A stretch of DNA of 64,000 nucleotides from Phaeosaccion multiseriatum (GCA_965112735.1 OZ218951.1:1922001-1986000), one strand, 5' to 3'. Positions 15,942 to 27,252 are shown, counted from the stretch's first letter. The notes: generated by a model from the letters alone, not told the origin. Numbers and translations: made by a program.

Positions 15942-16487
15942 TCCCTCCCTCCCTCCCTCCCTCCCTCCCTCCCTCCCTCCCTCCCTCCCTCCCTCCCTCC
16001 CTCCCTCCCTCCCTCCCTCCCTCCCTCCCTCCCTCCCTCCCTCCCTCCCTCCCTCCCTCCCTCCCTCCCTCCCTCCCTCCCTCCCTCCCTCCCTCCCTCC
16101 CTCCCTCCCTCCCTCCCTCCCTCCCTCCCTCCCTCCCTCCCTCCCTCCCTCCCTCCCTCCCTCCCTCCCTCCCTCCCTCCCTCCCTCCCTCCCTCCCTCC
16201 CTCCCTCCCTCCCTCCCTCCCTCCCTCCCTCCCTCCCTCCCTCCCTCCCTCCCTCCCTCCCTCCCTCCCTCCCTCCCTCCCTCCCTCCCTCCCTCCCTCC
16301 CTCCCTCCCTCCCTCCCTCCCTCCCTCCCTCCCTCCCTCCCTCCCTCCCTCCCTCCCTCCCTCCCTCCCTCCCTCCCTCCCTCCCTCCCTCCCTCCCTCC
16401 CTCCCTCCCTCCCTCCCTCCCTCCCTCCCTCCCTCCCTCCCTCCCTCCCTCCCTCCCTCCCTCCCTCCCTCCCTCCCTCCCTCCCTC
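15942..16487. repeat. Long, essentially perfect (CCCT)n microsatellite inside the TIR element
   Basis: About 545 bp of uninterrupted CCCT; a shorter degenerate tract lies at 15305-15527. Confidence 0.95.
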
Positions 16488-17419
16488 TTCGACCCTGGAC
16501 AAGATTACGGTGTGCGCCGGCCGTAATCAGTAATCAGCCCCGGCTGGCGCATAATCAGTACTCAGGCCGGCTGGCGCCGGTCATAATCAGTAATCAGGCC
16601 GGCTGCGCCGGCCGTAATTACTAATCAGATAGGTCGAGGCCTAGGCCTAGAACCGCCGGCCTAGGGAGAAAAAATGGCCGGCCTAGAGCGGCCAACGGCC
16701 GCCGGCCTAGGCCTAGAGCGGGCGTAGGCCGCTCGGCCTAGGGCCTAGAGCATAGGCTTCTAGGCCAGTCTGGAGCCGAAATCCTCTCTCCCCCGCGCAC
16801 TGAAACGGAAACTGGTCGGTTGGACCGCGGATGCCGCCGGAAAATGGAACGCTGTTGTTGGATCGTTGTTGGAAATGGCCTGCTGGAAGATTTGGGACCT
16901 TTGTGGTTGGTGTGGTGTGGTTGGGTGGTGTGTTGTGGAGACGGAGTAGTACATGTACACAGCTGTGGGCAAACAATGCAATCGCTTCCGAGGCCAGGCA
17001 GCAGTGGACGCCGCCGTACTCCCCCCTCCCCCCCCCCTGATGGTGGCACTGCTGCAGTGCCCCATCGTGACGGGGTGGGAGGTCATCCATGTAGAGCAGT
17101 AGCGGCCATAGGCACTACTACCACCAGACCACCACCTCTTCAACCCCAGCTCCCCATTCTTGACGTTTCATGCCACGGAGGTAGTCGGGCGCCATCGTCG
17201 ATAGTAGCAGAAGCGAAGACCGTAGAGGCGGAAGAAGGCAGACGATTTACTACAATATCGCCAGTACACTCTGCGAGGGGGAGGGGAGATGGCAGAGGAG
17301 ACCGAACGCCACCTGCTGACGAGCACCGAACACCACCTGCTGCTGACTTCAACACACGGAAAAGTGTGGATGTGAAAGGAGAGGTTGGGGAGAGCAGCAT
17401 TGGCGAGAGTAGCACCAAT

Positions 17420-19939
17420 ATGGCGCGCAAGTACCGGCAGCTACTCACGTCAGAGAAGGCATTGAGACGCCTCCGCATCTTCTTCTTGCTGTTTGTGGGG
17501 TTAGTGGTTAGCCACTTTGTTGCGTTGGAGTACGCAAAATCTCTGGAGCGAGAGGAGATGACAGCCTACAGAGCCGACGTTGCCTCTCTTCAGGCCACAG
17601 TCTTCAATCAGCTCAAGTCTTCAGACGGCGAGAGCGAAATCATCCGGGCGGCCCTGCAGACGTGGGGTGATGGCGGCATCTCTGCGGCCCAATTCTCTGA
17701 TTTGACCGCCTCAGCCACGGCGGAAGGAAAGACTTATGCCTACACTGAGAGAGTGCATGCGGACGCTCGGTCTGAGTTCGAGACGGCGGCGTCGGCTTTT
17801 TACGGTCTAGACATTTACATCAAGGAGTTGTCTGCGGGAGGGTTCGTGCCTCGGGCCACACCTCCGGAGGGGAAGGACTATTGGCCAGTTCTTTACGTGG
17901 AACCGCGTAGAGTCGAAATCTTGGGCTTGGACAGTTTCTCCGAGAGCACCCGAAGAGCAGCAATTGAGCGCCTCCTACTCACAGGAGGAAGCACGTACTC
18001 GGCACCGCTGGCTGTGGCCGACACGGGAGAACCAACTTTAACTAGACTACTGCCCGTCAGAGGAGGGCCATCGGTGCTGCGCAGCTCATCATCAGCAGCA
18101 GATGGGTCCGGGGGGGGGGAGGGCGGTGAAATCACGGGGACGCTTGCACTTTTGATCAGGCCGGAGCTTGTTCTGGAGCAAAGCTCGTTGAAAAAGTTCC
18201 GGACCACCTACCCAGGCACTCAAGTAGATATTGGATTTCTCATGAGCGATGACTCGAGGGAGAGCCTGTGTGGGGTGCCATTTGCGGATGGCTCGGGTGC
18301 AGTGTCGTCCAAGACAATTTTCGGCTCCGAGAGAACTTCCGACGCCCTTGTGTCGTTCTATGTGGAAACGGCCACTGCCCCGCGGCGCCTCGAGAAGCGA
18401 GGCCTTCGGACGGAGTACTACGCTGTCATGGCGGGGGGCTGTGTCCTGCTTGCGCTGCTCTTCGTCTGGGAGCGCCGCACTTTGTTGCTCCAGGCCGCCA
18501 GATCCGAAGCAGCGGCCGCAAGAGAGGCTTCATCTGCCAAGTCGCGCTTCCTCCGCTCCATTTCGCACGAGATTCGCACGCCCATGAATGGCATCGTGGG
18601 AATGGCCCAACTACTTGAAAGCGTCGAGCTTCCCGATGAGGTGCTGCCCTGGATCAACGTGATACGCTCGTGCTCGTCCACCTTGCTCAGCTTGGTGAAC
18701 AACGTTCTCGACATGAGCAAAATCGAGGCGGGTAAGATGGAGATTAGCAAGAGGTCGTTCGCGCTTGACACGCTCGCGGTGGAGATGGTGGAGAGTGCTT
18801 GGGCCGTCCTCCATACAAGTAACACCTCGTCGCTCTCCAGCATGAGCCTCACCATCGGGAGCGGAGTGCCACGGGGTCGCGTGGTTGGCGACGACGTGCG
18901 GATCCGACAACTGTTCAACAACTTCCTCAGCAACGCCGCAAAGTTTACAAGGCGCGGTTCCATCGACCTCTTTCTGGACGGCACACAGACGAGCGGCGAG
19001 TCAGAGGAGGTGATGATTCTCCTCACTGTACGCGACACTGGCATCGGGATGGCACCTGACGCGGTCGAGCGCCTCTTCAAACCCTTTGTCCAGGTGCACG
19101 ACAGCGCAACTACCAACGTGCAGGGCACTGGCCTGGGGCTGGCCATCTCCGTCGCCCTTGCTCAGGCCATGGGGGGAGACGTGACCTGCTCGTCGGTGTT
19201 GGGAAAGGGGTCGGAGTTTCACTGCACCTTCAATGTGGAAGGCAAGCTTCGCAAGGCTACCACGGTGGCCCATCGGCGAGTGTACACGAGAGATGACGGT
19301 GTACGAGTGGAAGGAGAGCCACTCATCCCAGCCAGCACAGAGGACACATTCGACGGGTCGGAGACTAGCGCGACTCCGAGGGATGTGGAAGGAGGAGCAG
19401 TTGCTGCCGACAGGGGACTCATGGGGGAAGCTCCTCGTCCTCCCAGCGTGCTAGTGGTGGACGATAACAAGATCAATCGCATGGTGCTGAGTAAGCTGCT
19501 GGGCTCGCTGGGTGTGCTCGTGGAGAGTGCAGACACCGGCGTTACAGCAGTGGAGTCTTGCGGCCAGCAGCGCTTCTCTATCATCCTGCTGGACAGGGTC
19601 ATGCCCGTGATGGACGGCATTGGCGCCGCTCGAGAGCTGAGAGCTGGCGACGGCCCTTGCAAAGACACGCCCATCATCTTCCTCACTGCGGATTCCTCGG
19701 CGGAGGCCATGCGAGACTGTAAAGAGGCGGGCGGGAACGAATTCTCCACCAAACCTGTGCGGCGAGAGACCCTCGTCGAGAAGATGGCGGACCTTTTGCC
19801 CCCGCCCGAGCGCAGCTGGCTTTTGGACAAGGAGAGAGAGTTCTGCGAGTCGAGGAAGCAGGCCACCCACCTGCAAAGCATGGCGCGGAGAAGGGCAGAG
19901 GAGAGCAGCACGCGCAGCCGAGAAGAAGAAGGCGACTGA
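17420..19939 (+). CDS. Intronless membrane hybrid histidine kinase: TM - CHASE-like sensor - TM - HisKA - HATPase - receiver
   Basis: H-box 'FLRSISHEIRTPMNGIVGM', N-box 'RIRQLFNNFLSNAAKFT', G1 'VRDTGIGM', G2 'GTGLGLAIS', REC 'VLVVDDNKINR...LLDRVMPVMDG...PIIFLTA...KP'. CHASE-like 'YWPVLYVEP...LGLD...RRAAIER' lies between two hydrophobic helices. ATG 17420 is preferred over the TTG start at 16820. Confidence 0.92.
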   Translation: MARKYRQLLTSEKALRRLRIFFLLFVGLVVSHFVALEYAKSLEREEMTAYRADVASLQATVFNQLKSSDGESEIIRAALQTWGDGGISAAQFSDLTASATAEGKTYAYTERVHADARSEFETAASAFYGLDIYIKELSAGGFVPRATPPEGKDYWPVLYVEPRRVEILGLDSFSESTRRAAIERLLLTGGSTYSAPLAVADTGEPTLTRLLPVRGGPSVLRSSSSAADGSGGGEGGEITGTLALLIRPELVLEQSSLKKFRTTYPGTQVDIGFLMSDDSRESLCGVPFADGSGAVSSKTIFGSERTSDALVSFYVETATAPRRLEKRGLRTEYYAVMAGGCVLLALLFVWERRTLLLQAARSEAAAAREASSAKSRFLRSISHEIRTPMNGIVGMAQLLESVELPDEVLPWINVIRSCSSTLLSLVNNVLDMSKIEAGKMEISKRSFALDTLAVEMVESAWAVLHTSNTSSLSSMSLTIGSGVPRGRVVGDDVRIRQLFNNFLSNAAKFTRRGSIDLFLDGTQTSGESEEVMILLTVRDTGIGMAPDAVERLFKPFVQVHDSATTNVQGTGLGLAISVALAQAMGGDVTCSSVLGKGSEFHCTFNVEGKLRKATTVAHRRVYTRDDGVRVEGEPLIPASTEDTFDGSETSATPRDVEGGAVAADRGLMGEAPRPPSVLVVDDNKINRMVLSKLLGSLGVLVESADTGVTAVESCGQQRFSIILLDRVMPVMDGIGAARELRAGDGPCKDTPIIFLTADSSAEAMRDCKEAGGNEFSTKPVRRETLVEKMADLLPPPERSWLLDKEREFCESRKQATHLQSMARRRAEESSTRSREEEGD

Positions 19940-20080
19940 GGGATTAGGGCGGAGAGCGGAGAGGACCATCCATCTAGGCAGCACTGCATATTATTGTACA
20001 AAAAATTAAATTGTACAAAAAATAACTTTAATTAGCTAGCAAAAAAAAGGGGGGGGTGTTGTTTCAACACACTTTGTCAT

Positions 20081-23000
20081 CTACTGCCATCCCCCCTCTT
20101 TGTACACCCCTCTCACACTACAACGCACACTCGTCATGTCAGCTGCTGCCCGCCCCTTCTTTGTACACCCTTCACCCCCCCAACACCATCTGCTTCCCGC
20201 TCCGATGAAGTCCTCGCAGCCGCCCTTCCCCACCCCTTCGTAGAAACCGCGCTGCTGCCACGCTCGAGCCCACTCCCCCCCCGCAGCTTCTGCCTGCTCC
20301 CGTGCGCGTGATATTAGCCCTTTGCCAGCCCGCTGCAGCTCTTGGACTGAGAGCGCTGCTGCTTCTCCTCCTCCTCCTCCTCCTCCTCCTCCTCCTCCTC
20401 CTCCTCCTCCTCCTCCTCCTCCTCCTCCTCCTCCTCCTCCTCCTCCTCCTCCTCTCCCTCCTCCTCCTCCTCCTCCTACTCCTCCTACTCCTCCCGCTGC
20501 TGCTGCTGCTGCCCCCGATGCCTCTCTCACTCTGAAGTAAAAGGCGTACTGATACATCGACCCTATGGCCACCAGCGCCAGCGCACACCAATGCACCTCC
20601 TGCCCCCCGCCCGGCACGATGAAGACGCTCCCCCCCCTGCTGCCTCCATGCTGCTTGCACTTGGTCTTATCCGTGACGATGAGCTCCAGCGCCAGAGCAG
20701 GTGTGCCCCTCGCCCGACTGCTCAATACACTAAAGAGCACCACCCCGTCTTGCTCCGTCACACCGAGAGCCAACCCCGGAAAGCAGCGGCAAGAGAAGCC
20801 TGCGGAGGAGCCAGGCCGGGAAGAAGGAGAAGAGCGAGAGGGTGAAGCAGAAGTTTCAGCAGCAGCAGCTGCTGCTGCTGCGGCCGCGGAACAGCAGAAG
20901 CTTCCGCCCTCCATCCCTCCGCCTCCACCTCCTCCACCGGGGGCAAGATAGAAGAGTTGGGTGGTTCGTCCTCCTCTCCTTGGCCCACTTGGGCCTCCTC
21001 TAGGGCCCAACAAGAGGCGCTCCGTGCCCTGCCCCATCACCGAAGCCAAGCGCTGTCGAGACGCCACCGACCCTCCGTCCACCTCCTCCACCTCGAGCAG
21101 AGTAGGGGTGTATAGCGACACCACGAAGGGAGTGGCGGTCTTGGAGGACGAGAGACACGCTATGTCAATGAAATAGCTCCCTCCGCTGCCATCCATCATG
21201 AGCTCCAGTACCAGCTGGTCCCTCTGCTCGGCGCCTCGAAACATGCTCTCCTCCAGGACGTAGCGCCTACTGCTGCTAGTTGTGGGGGTCGGGTTGGTGG
21301 TACATGTGCCATTTGTTGTAGCAGTAGGGCCACTCTCGCGGCTCACCAGCACGTTGAGGGACTGGTAGTAATACGTGCTGTCCGTGTTTCCTCTCTTTGT
21401 GGGCTGGTGGACCTGGAGGTAACACCAAACGCTACCACCACCGCCACCACCGCTACTACCACTGCAGTTGCCTCTGCTGCCATCAGCCCTACCCTCCGCC
21501 GCCTCGTGCAGCTTCTGCCGTCTTTGCTGGCGGTGGTGGTAGGACGACGGAGTAGTGACGCGGAGAGCTCGACGGCAGTGAAGCTGCTCAAAGCCCGCGA
21601 CGGTGCTGTTGTCGAAGCTCTGGTGAAACCAGTCCACTCGCGCCTTGCATACGTCAACCTAGTGGGCGTGTGTGAGAGTGTGTGTGGGAGAGAAGAAAGG
21701 AGATGAGAGGGGCATTGAGCCTCGCAGACCGATCAATCAATCCTCTATACGGCACTTCGGTGGGCGTGCGGGTGCAGAGGAGCAACGACCGAGCGAGAGG
21801 CGGGCGGCCAGACCCCCCCCCCCCTCCTTCCCCCTTCCCTTCCCCCCTCCCTTCTCTTCAATGGAAGGCAACAAAAGACACACCACGTACTTACCACTGT
21901 AAATCTGCTAAAAAAGTCCTCGTACTAGGGAGGGAGGGAGGGAGGAAGGGAGGGAGGGAGCGAGGGAGGAAGGGAGGGAGGGAGCGAGGGAGAGATGGAG
22001 GGAGGGAGGGAGGAAGGGGGAGAGAGAAAGAGGGACGGAAGGAGGGAGGGAAGGAGAGATAGAGGAGGAGAGGGAGGAAGGGACTCAGTGAGTGAGAGAG
22101 TAAGTGAGTGAGGAAGGAAGGAAGGGAGGGAGGGACCAAGTACGTCTCGTCATACCCATGTGCTCGGAATCTGTGCGGCGCGAGTCAGTTAGTCTCATAT
22201 CTGCACTTGTCTCTCCCTTCCTCTCCTCTCCTCTCCGTACCTTCATCCAAAACACGCCGGGCTCTGCATACCCAAGCTCCTTCCTCAATCGCTGCGTCCA
22301 TCTTGAGTCCTTCTCTGAGAAAGCCCCCGTCCACTCACGCGCTCCCCACGGGTTTCTGTGGAGGGCATGGAGGTACATGAGGCCCAGGGGGGAGGGAGGG
22401 AGGAAGGAAGGATAAGAACAACCGCAACATCAAGGTGCATACCTTCTTACGTAAGTTCGAAACGACAGACCTGACTTTGACGAGGCGCAACACCTCCGGC
22501 TCCGCGGCGCGCTCTTCCCGCTCTTCCCTGTCCCTCTGCTGCAGTAGCTCTTCCTCCCACCACAGCAGACCCGAGGAAGGAGCACCGGCAGCACTCGCCA
22601 CTCCCACACCCCCATCACCGCCACCATCACCACTACCTGCAGAAGCGGAAGCTGCTGCTGCTCCCGTTGGCTGGCGACCCTTCTTTCCCTGAGTGGCGCT
22701 CTGCTGTCGGACCGCGAAGAAGTCCGTGACCCTCTTCTGCTGCCCCTCCCTCGCCCCGTGCACAGACTTAACCGCCAGAACGCTGTAGGCATGGTTGCCC
22801 ACAAGCCCGTCCTTCTTCAGGTTGTGCTCGCCCGTGGGGTCGCCTGCTGTGGCCGCACCGATGGGGAAATTGCTGTCGCACCAGGAGATGAGCTTATACC
22901 ACGCCTCGTCGGAGTCGAAACTGTCGAATGGGCGTTATGGTTTGGGGGTTGGGTGAGTGGGTAGGTTGGGGGTGGAGGTGTGGCACATACGATGCGAAGG

Positions 23001-23811
23001 ATGCGAAGGCCCACAACCACAACCACCACCCCACCCAATCCCACACACGCAGCTACAAACTGGGCACTAGGGGGTCTCGCCTCCTCCTCCTCCCCTCACC
23101 TCACCTCGCCGAGTCCATGAGGATGGTCTCAGTGGGCGCCCCCGTTAGAAACGAGAAGGCTTCGCAAATGTGCCCCCCCACGATGGAGTCATACGAGCCG
23201 TGAGCCTTTGCGAAGGCCTTTTCCAAAACGCAGGGCCAGATCTGGTTGAAGTTGCCGCACCTAAGAATAAATGGACAGCACGGATGATGACACGGACAAT
23301 AACGAGAACGATAACGACAAGGATAACCGACAGCACCACCAACATCAAGTAGTGGTATCACCTTAGCAAAGGGAAATTTGATGTTTCACCTCTCTCTGTG
23401 AGCGGGAAGAACATCAGCGCCTCGATTCCCCTTCCCTCAGACATGGAGACAGACAAGACAGACAAGACAGACAAGCAGTTTCACCCCCCCCTCAACGCCC
23501 ACCATTGAATGGGAGTTTGCTATACCATCAACGACAGAACGACCCGCCGCTCACCTGGCGTATGCAAGACCGTGATTGCTTGCCTTCTTGCCCAGCCGCT
23601 TTACTGCCTTCGCTTCCGTCTCAGCCACGCAGGGCAGGGTGCTGTCAACGAGCAGAGATGTCCAGCGACCATCCACAAACAGCTTGACTTCGTGCACACC
23701 CGCCGCTGCGCCACTATCCGCAGCTCTATCGCCATCGGCGCTGGTCTTTACGTATTCATTCACCTGCTGATCTTGCTGCTGCGGATCGTCCTCCGCCTCC
23801 TCGTCCTCCTC

Positions 23812-23842
<31 letters not shown>

Positions 23843-24831
23843 CCTGGCTGCTGTCCCCTTTCGAGGGGGAAGAGGCGATTCAGAAGCGAAGGCTGCTCGG
23901 CAATGACCGCCACTGCCGCCACAAACCAACAATCCCCCAGCCCCCCTTGCCTCACGTCCACGCTCTTGAAGCCCTGGCTGCAAACAAGCTTAAAGATGGG
24001 AGGATCGAAGCGCTTCCACTTCCGGGAGAGGGCTCGGGGGGTATGGGAAGCCCCGCCTTCCGCCACCCACTGAAAGAAGTTGCAAGTGTCCCTACTCGCC
24101 GCCGCCGCCGCCGCCCCTGTTTTCGACACCCAACGTGGGGTGGGAGGCACCCCACAGCAGTGGAAGAGACGGCCCTGATTAGACCCCGCCTTGCTCACCG
24201 TCTTTAACGTAGCGGGGAGGCGACACTTGCACATGGGCGGGGGAGCGTCTCCTCTTCCCCCCCCCCCTCCTCCTCTCGTGGACAAGGACTTGCGTCTCCC
24301 ATCGATACTGCTGGGGCCAGGATGGAACTCCTCGTCCTCCCACGGCTTGCCCGTGCGCTTACTAGCGTCAATTGCTTCCCAAAAGGCCGGAGAGTGCACC
24401 GGGGCAAAGACGGAGGCCCGAGTAGCAGCAAGGGCAGCGGCTCTGGCAGCAGGACGAGGAGAAGAAGGGGATCGAGGAGAGCGGGTCCGCCTCTTTGCTA
24501 GCGGGCTCTGGGTCCTCGGGCTGTGGTTGTCGCTGTGTAGAGCCTCCTCCCCCTCGTCCATTGTCAAGTCAATTGTCTCCGCTCCTGCCTTTCTCTTCCT
24601 CCCCATCTCACTTGTGCTGTCTTCCTTTTGTTGCCGTACTGATTTTGCTGGTGCTGAGTCTGCTGCTCCTACCGCGACTTGGAGTTTGTGCTGCTTCGGC
24701 GCGCTGAGGTAGCCGAGCACCGCTTCATTCAGCTCAACCCCACAGAGCCATTTTTCCGCGTCCATCACCGTACCGCCCGTGCAGGACACAAACGCCTCTA
24801 CATCCCGTGCAGCAGGCATCTCATTCGACAT
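20081..24831 (-). CDS. Calpain-family cysteine protease (CysPc) with N-terminal UBA-like and zf-GRF domains (exons approx. 24831-23555, 23260-23105, 22920-22472, 22355-22241, 21924-21895, 21658-20081)
   Basis: Catalytic triad motifs 'QGGLGDCWF', 'GNHAYSVL', 'VRNPWG'; 'WPCVLEKAFAKAHGSY'; zf-GRF 'CKC...VSKAGSNQGRLFHCC...CNFFQW'; includes a 30-nt microexon (YEDFFSRFTV). The 3' end is less certain. Confidence 0.88.
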
Positions 24832-25245
24832 GAGCGCCACTACCAAATCTCTCTCTCTCTCTATCTCTCACTCTCTCACTCTCTCTCTTCGCTTCCCCCT
24901 GGCGCTGTGTCTCCCGATTCGTCTTCTCCCTCTTCTTCCTTTTCCGTCACTTCTCTGACTCCTTTGACACCTTCTCTATCCCGACGTCCACAGCCCCGCA
25001 TATTCGCTGGCCCCTTCCACGCGGTGAGCTGTGGAAAAAAAGAAAAAAAGAAAGATCAGCGAGTGTGAGTGTGTGTGTGCTCAGAACTCGCGTGTTGGTG
25101 GTACTCCCCCAAATGGCAACCGCTCCCCCTTCTCCTTCTCCTTCTTTTCTTTCTCCCTGCTTCAAACAACACTGCATGTATATACCTTCTCTCTCCTCCT
25201 GAAGGGCCGGACTCCTCGATATCAAATCCTCACAGACCTCATAAG

Positions 25246-26262
25246 ATGGCCCAGGGTAACACCAAGCGGCTGCGCCTCCATGAAGGAGGACATGGAGGAG
25301 CTTTCCGCCAGGTATCTTTGGCGGGAGGGAACAGCGCCCCTTCTGCCGCGGAGGAGCCTTCTCCCCGTGCCAAGGTGCTGGCTCTGGAGGACACGATGCT
25401 GAAGATCGTGGGCATTGTGGGGAAGGGGCATCACGTCTTTGTCGCTGGGGTGTGCAAGGACTGGAGGGGGCTGTACAACGCCGCCCATCCCGCGTTGGAG
25501 ACCTCTCTTCAGCACAGCGTGATTGGTTCTGTGGAGTGTCTCAACTGGGCCGTCAGACAGGGCTATCCGTTGAGCGTGAAGACATTCAGAGCTGCAGCCC
25601 AGCTGAAAGACGTGAGCATCTGCGAGGCCCTCTATGGCCACGGCTGTCCATGGGAGGAGATTGTGTGTGTAGCTGCTGTCCAGAATGCCAAGCACGGCCT
25701 AAGCATTCTCAAGTGGCTCCGATCTGATCTGCCCGACAAATTCCCGTGCCCTTGGGATGAGTGGACTTGCACTCTAGCCGCATGGGGACCAGACGTGGAC
25801 ATGCTGACGTGGCTACTGTCGGATGAGGCGAACGCTCCATTCGACTCGAGTATTTGGGAGTGGGCTGCGCAGAAAGGACGTATCAATGTGCTGGAGATGC
25901 TTCTGAACCACCCCAGAGTCAGGCCTGAGCTGGATGCGGCAGACGAAGGCAGCAGGTGGCGGCTGGGGGGTCCGCATGCTGCGGGAAAGGGACGGCTGGA
26001 GGTGCTGCGCTGGCTTCATGTAAACGCTCGTGACCTGTGCGATTGGGACGCCAAGCTTTGCTTCATGGCTGTGGGGAAAGGCAATAGCCTGCCAATGTTG
26101 CAGTGGCTGCGATCCGAGAGCATCATGTGCCCATGGGACAAGCACTCATGCCCTGAGGTGCTGCTCAACGCGCGTTTGTGGGATGGAGGGAGGAATGAGG
26201 CCTTTGAGGACATCAAGCGGTGGGTACACGCCAACGGCCACCCCTGCGACTGTGAAGACTGA
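25246..26262 (+). CDS. Intronless ankyrin-like repeat protein (W-rich 'GCPWD' type) with an F-box-like N-terminal segment
   Basis: Repeats 'GHGCPWEEIVCVAA', 'LKWLR...CPWDEWTCTLAA', 'AAGKGRLEVLRWLH...CDWD', 'LQWLRS...CPWD'; N-terminal 'FVAGVCKDWR'. Confidence 0.8.
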   Translation: MAQGNTKRLRLHEGGHGGAFRQVSLAGGNSAPSAAEEPSPRAKVLALEDTMLKIVGIVGKGHHVFVAGVCKDWRGLYNAAHPALETSLQHSVIGSVECLNWAVRQGYPLSVKTFRAAAQLKDVSICEALYGHGCPWEEIVCVAAVQNAKHGLSILKWLRSDLPDKFPCPWDEWTCTLAAWGPDVDMLTWLLSDEANAPFDSSIWEWAAQKGRINVLEMLLNHPRVRPELDAADEGSRWRLGGPHAAGKGRLEVLRWLHVNARDLCDWDAKLCFMAVGKGNSLPMLQWLRSESIMCPWDKHSCPEVLLNARLWDGGRNEAFEDIKRWVHANGHPCDCED

Positions 26263-27252
26263 CCGCAATCCACGCAGCCTTATGTAATTATCTTTGTATG
26301 AACTTACGTAATCTATTTATGATATGGTATTAAACGGCGGATAAAATACTTCGTAGTAGTAATTTGTGTATTAAACGTGAGGGAGAGATGGCTGGTTGTT
26401 GCTGTTCTCCCTTGGTGTTTATTCTCCCTCCTGCGCTTCCTCAAAGGCAGTAACACGGCTGTGGCAGTGGGCGGAAGCGTTGTTTTTTTGTTTTTGTGGC
26501 AAACGTGAGAGGAAAGACGTGCGATCGGGCCGCTACTTGTAACGTATCAATGACACAGAGATCGAGATATGCTCCAATCGAAACGGTGCTGCACGGTTGG
26601 AATGTGCGGATGCGACGCAAAGTCCATTGAATCGCCTTCCTCCGGGCTATTCAATGTGGGTCCTTTTGCGGCCCGCCCCGTCGGTAGTTGCAAAGGCAGC
26701 AGGGGAAAAAAAAAGGCAAAAAAAAAGCATCCTCCTCGTAGCGCCAATCCTCCCTCATCTTCGCACACCACCAGGTCTTGTACTGCAAGGTTCCTGTCCT
26801 CCCGGAGACAGCAGAGAAAGAAGCAAGAAAAGCAAAAGAGGGTTAGCAAATGCCTATTGGGGAAGGGAAATCCCGAGCCAACGTTGCGCCCTTCTCTCGT
26901 GCACTGGCCAACCAATCTGTCAATCTGTCGAGCTCCAGTGCCACAGTAACGCCCCAGGGCCCACAAATTGTAATGTACGATGACTCGCTTTATTATATTC
27001 CGCACCTCAACCCGGGGTGCCTGTCTTGCTTGCTTGCATTCACCTCCCCACCCTCCCCTCCCCTCTGCGCCAGCGCCTTTCTCCTCAGTGGGTAAGTACT
27101 GGTAGTACGTCTACGAGAGTCAGTCTCGCACTCTGACACACACAAGTGAGAGCCTTTGACTCTTCAAAGCGAACCCCACAGCCCTCCTCCGCCGACCACA
27201 GTAAGTCAACGAGAGTCTCACGTAAAGTACAATCACCAAGTCCTCCTCAAGC

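Larger units (their letters stand above)
15005..16779. mobile_element. Non-autonomous TIR DNA element (MITE-like), 27-bp perfect TIR, 6-bp TSD AATCCT
   Basis: TCGGCTCCAGACTGGCCTAGAAGCCTA at 15005-15031 and its reverse complement at 16753-16779; AATCCT at 14999-15004 and 16780-16785; subterminal GGCCTAGGCC palindromes; no coding capacity. Confidence 0.85.

Noticed and set aside
16489-16637. Possible third nested element (TCGACC...GGTCGA)
   Set aside because: The inverted match is only 6 bp and there is no flanking duplication; treated as an internal module of the outer element.
16820-17419. 200-aa N-terminal extension of the histidine kinase in the ORF track
   Set aside because: It starts at TTG and has no recognisable protein features; ATG 17420, just before the first TM helix, is more plausible.
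26300-27250. Short ORFs or a possible ncRNA between the ankyrin-like gene and CPSF1
   Set aside because: No snRNA, tRNA or protein motif was recognised.
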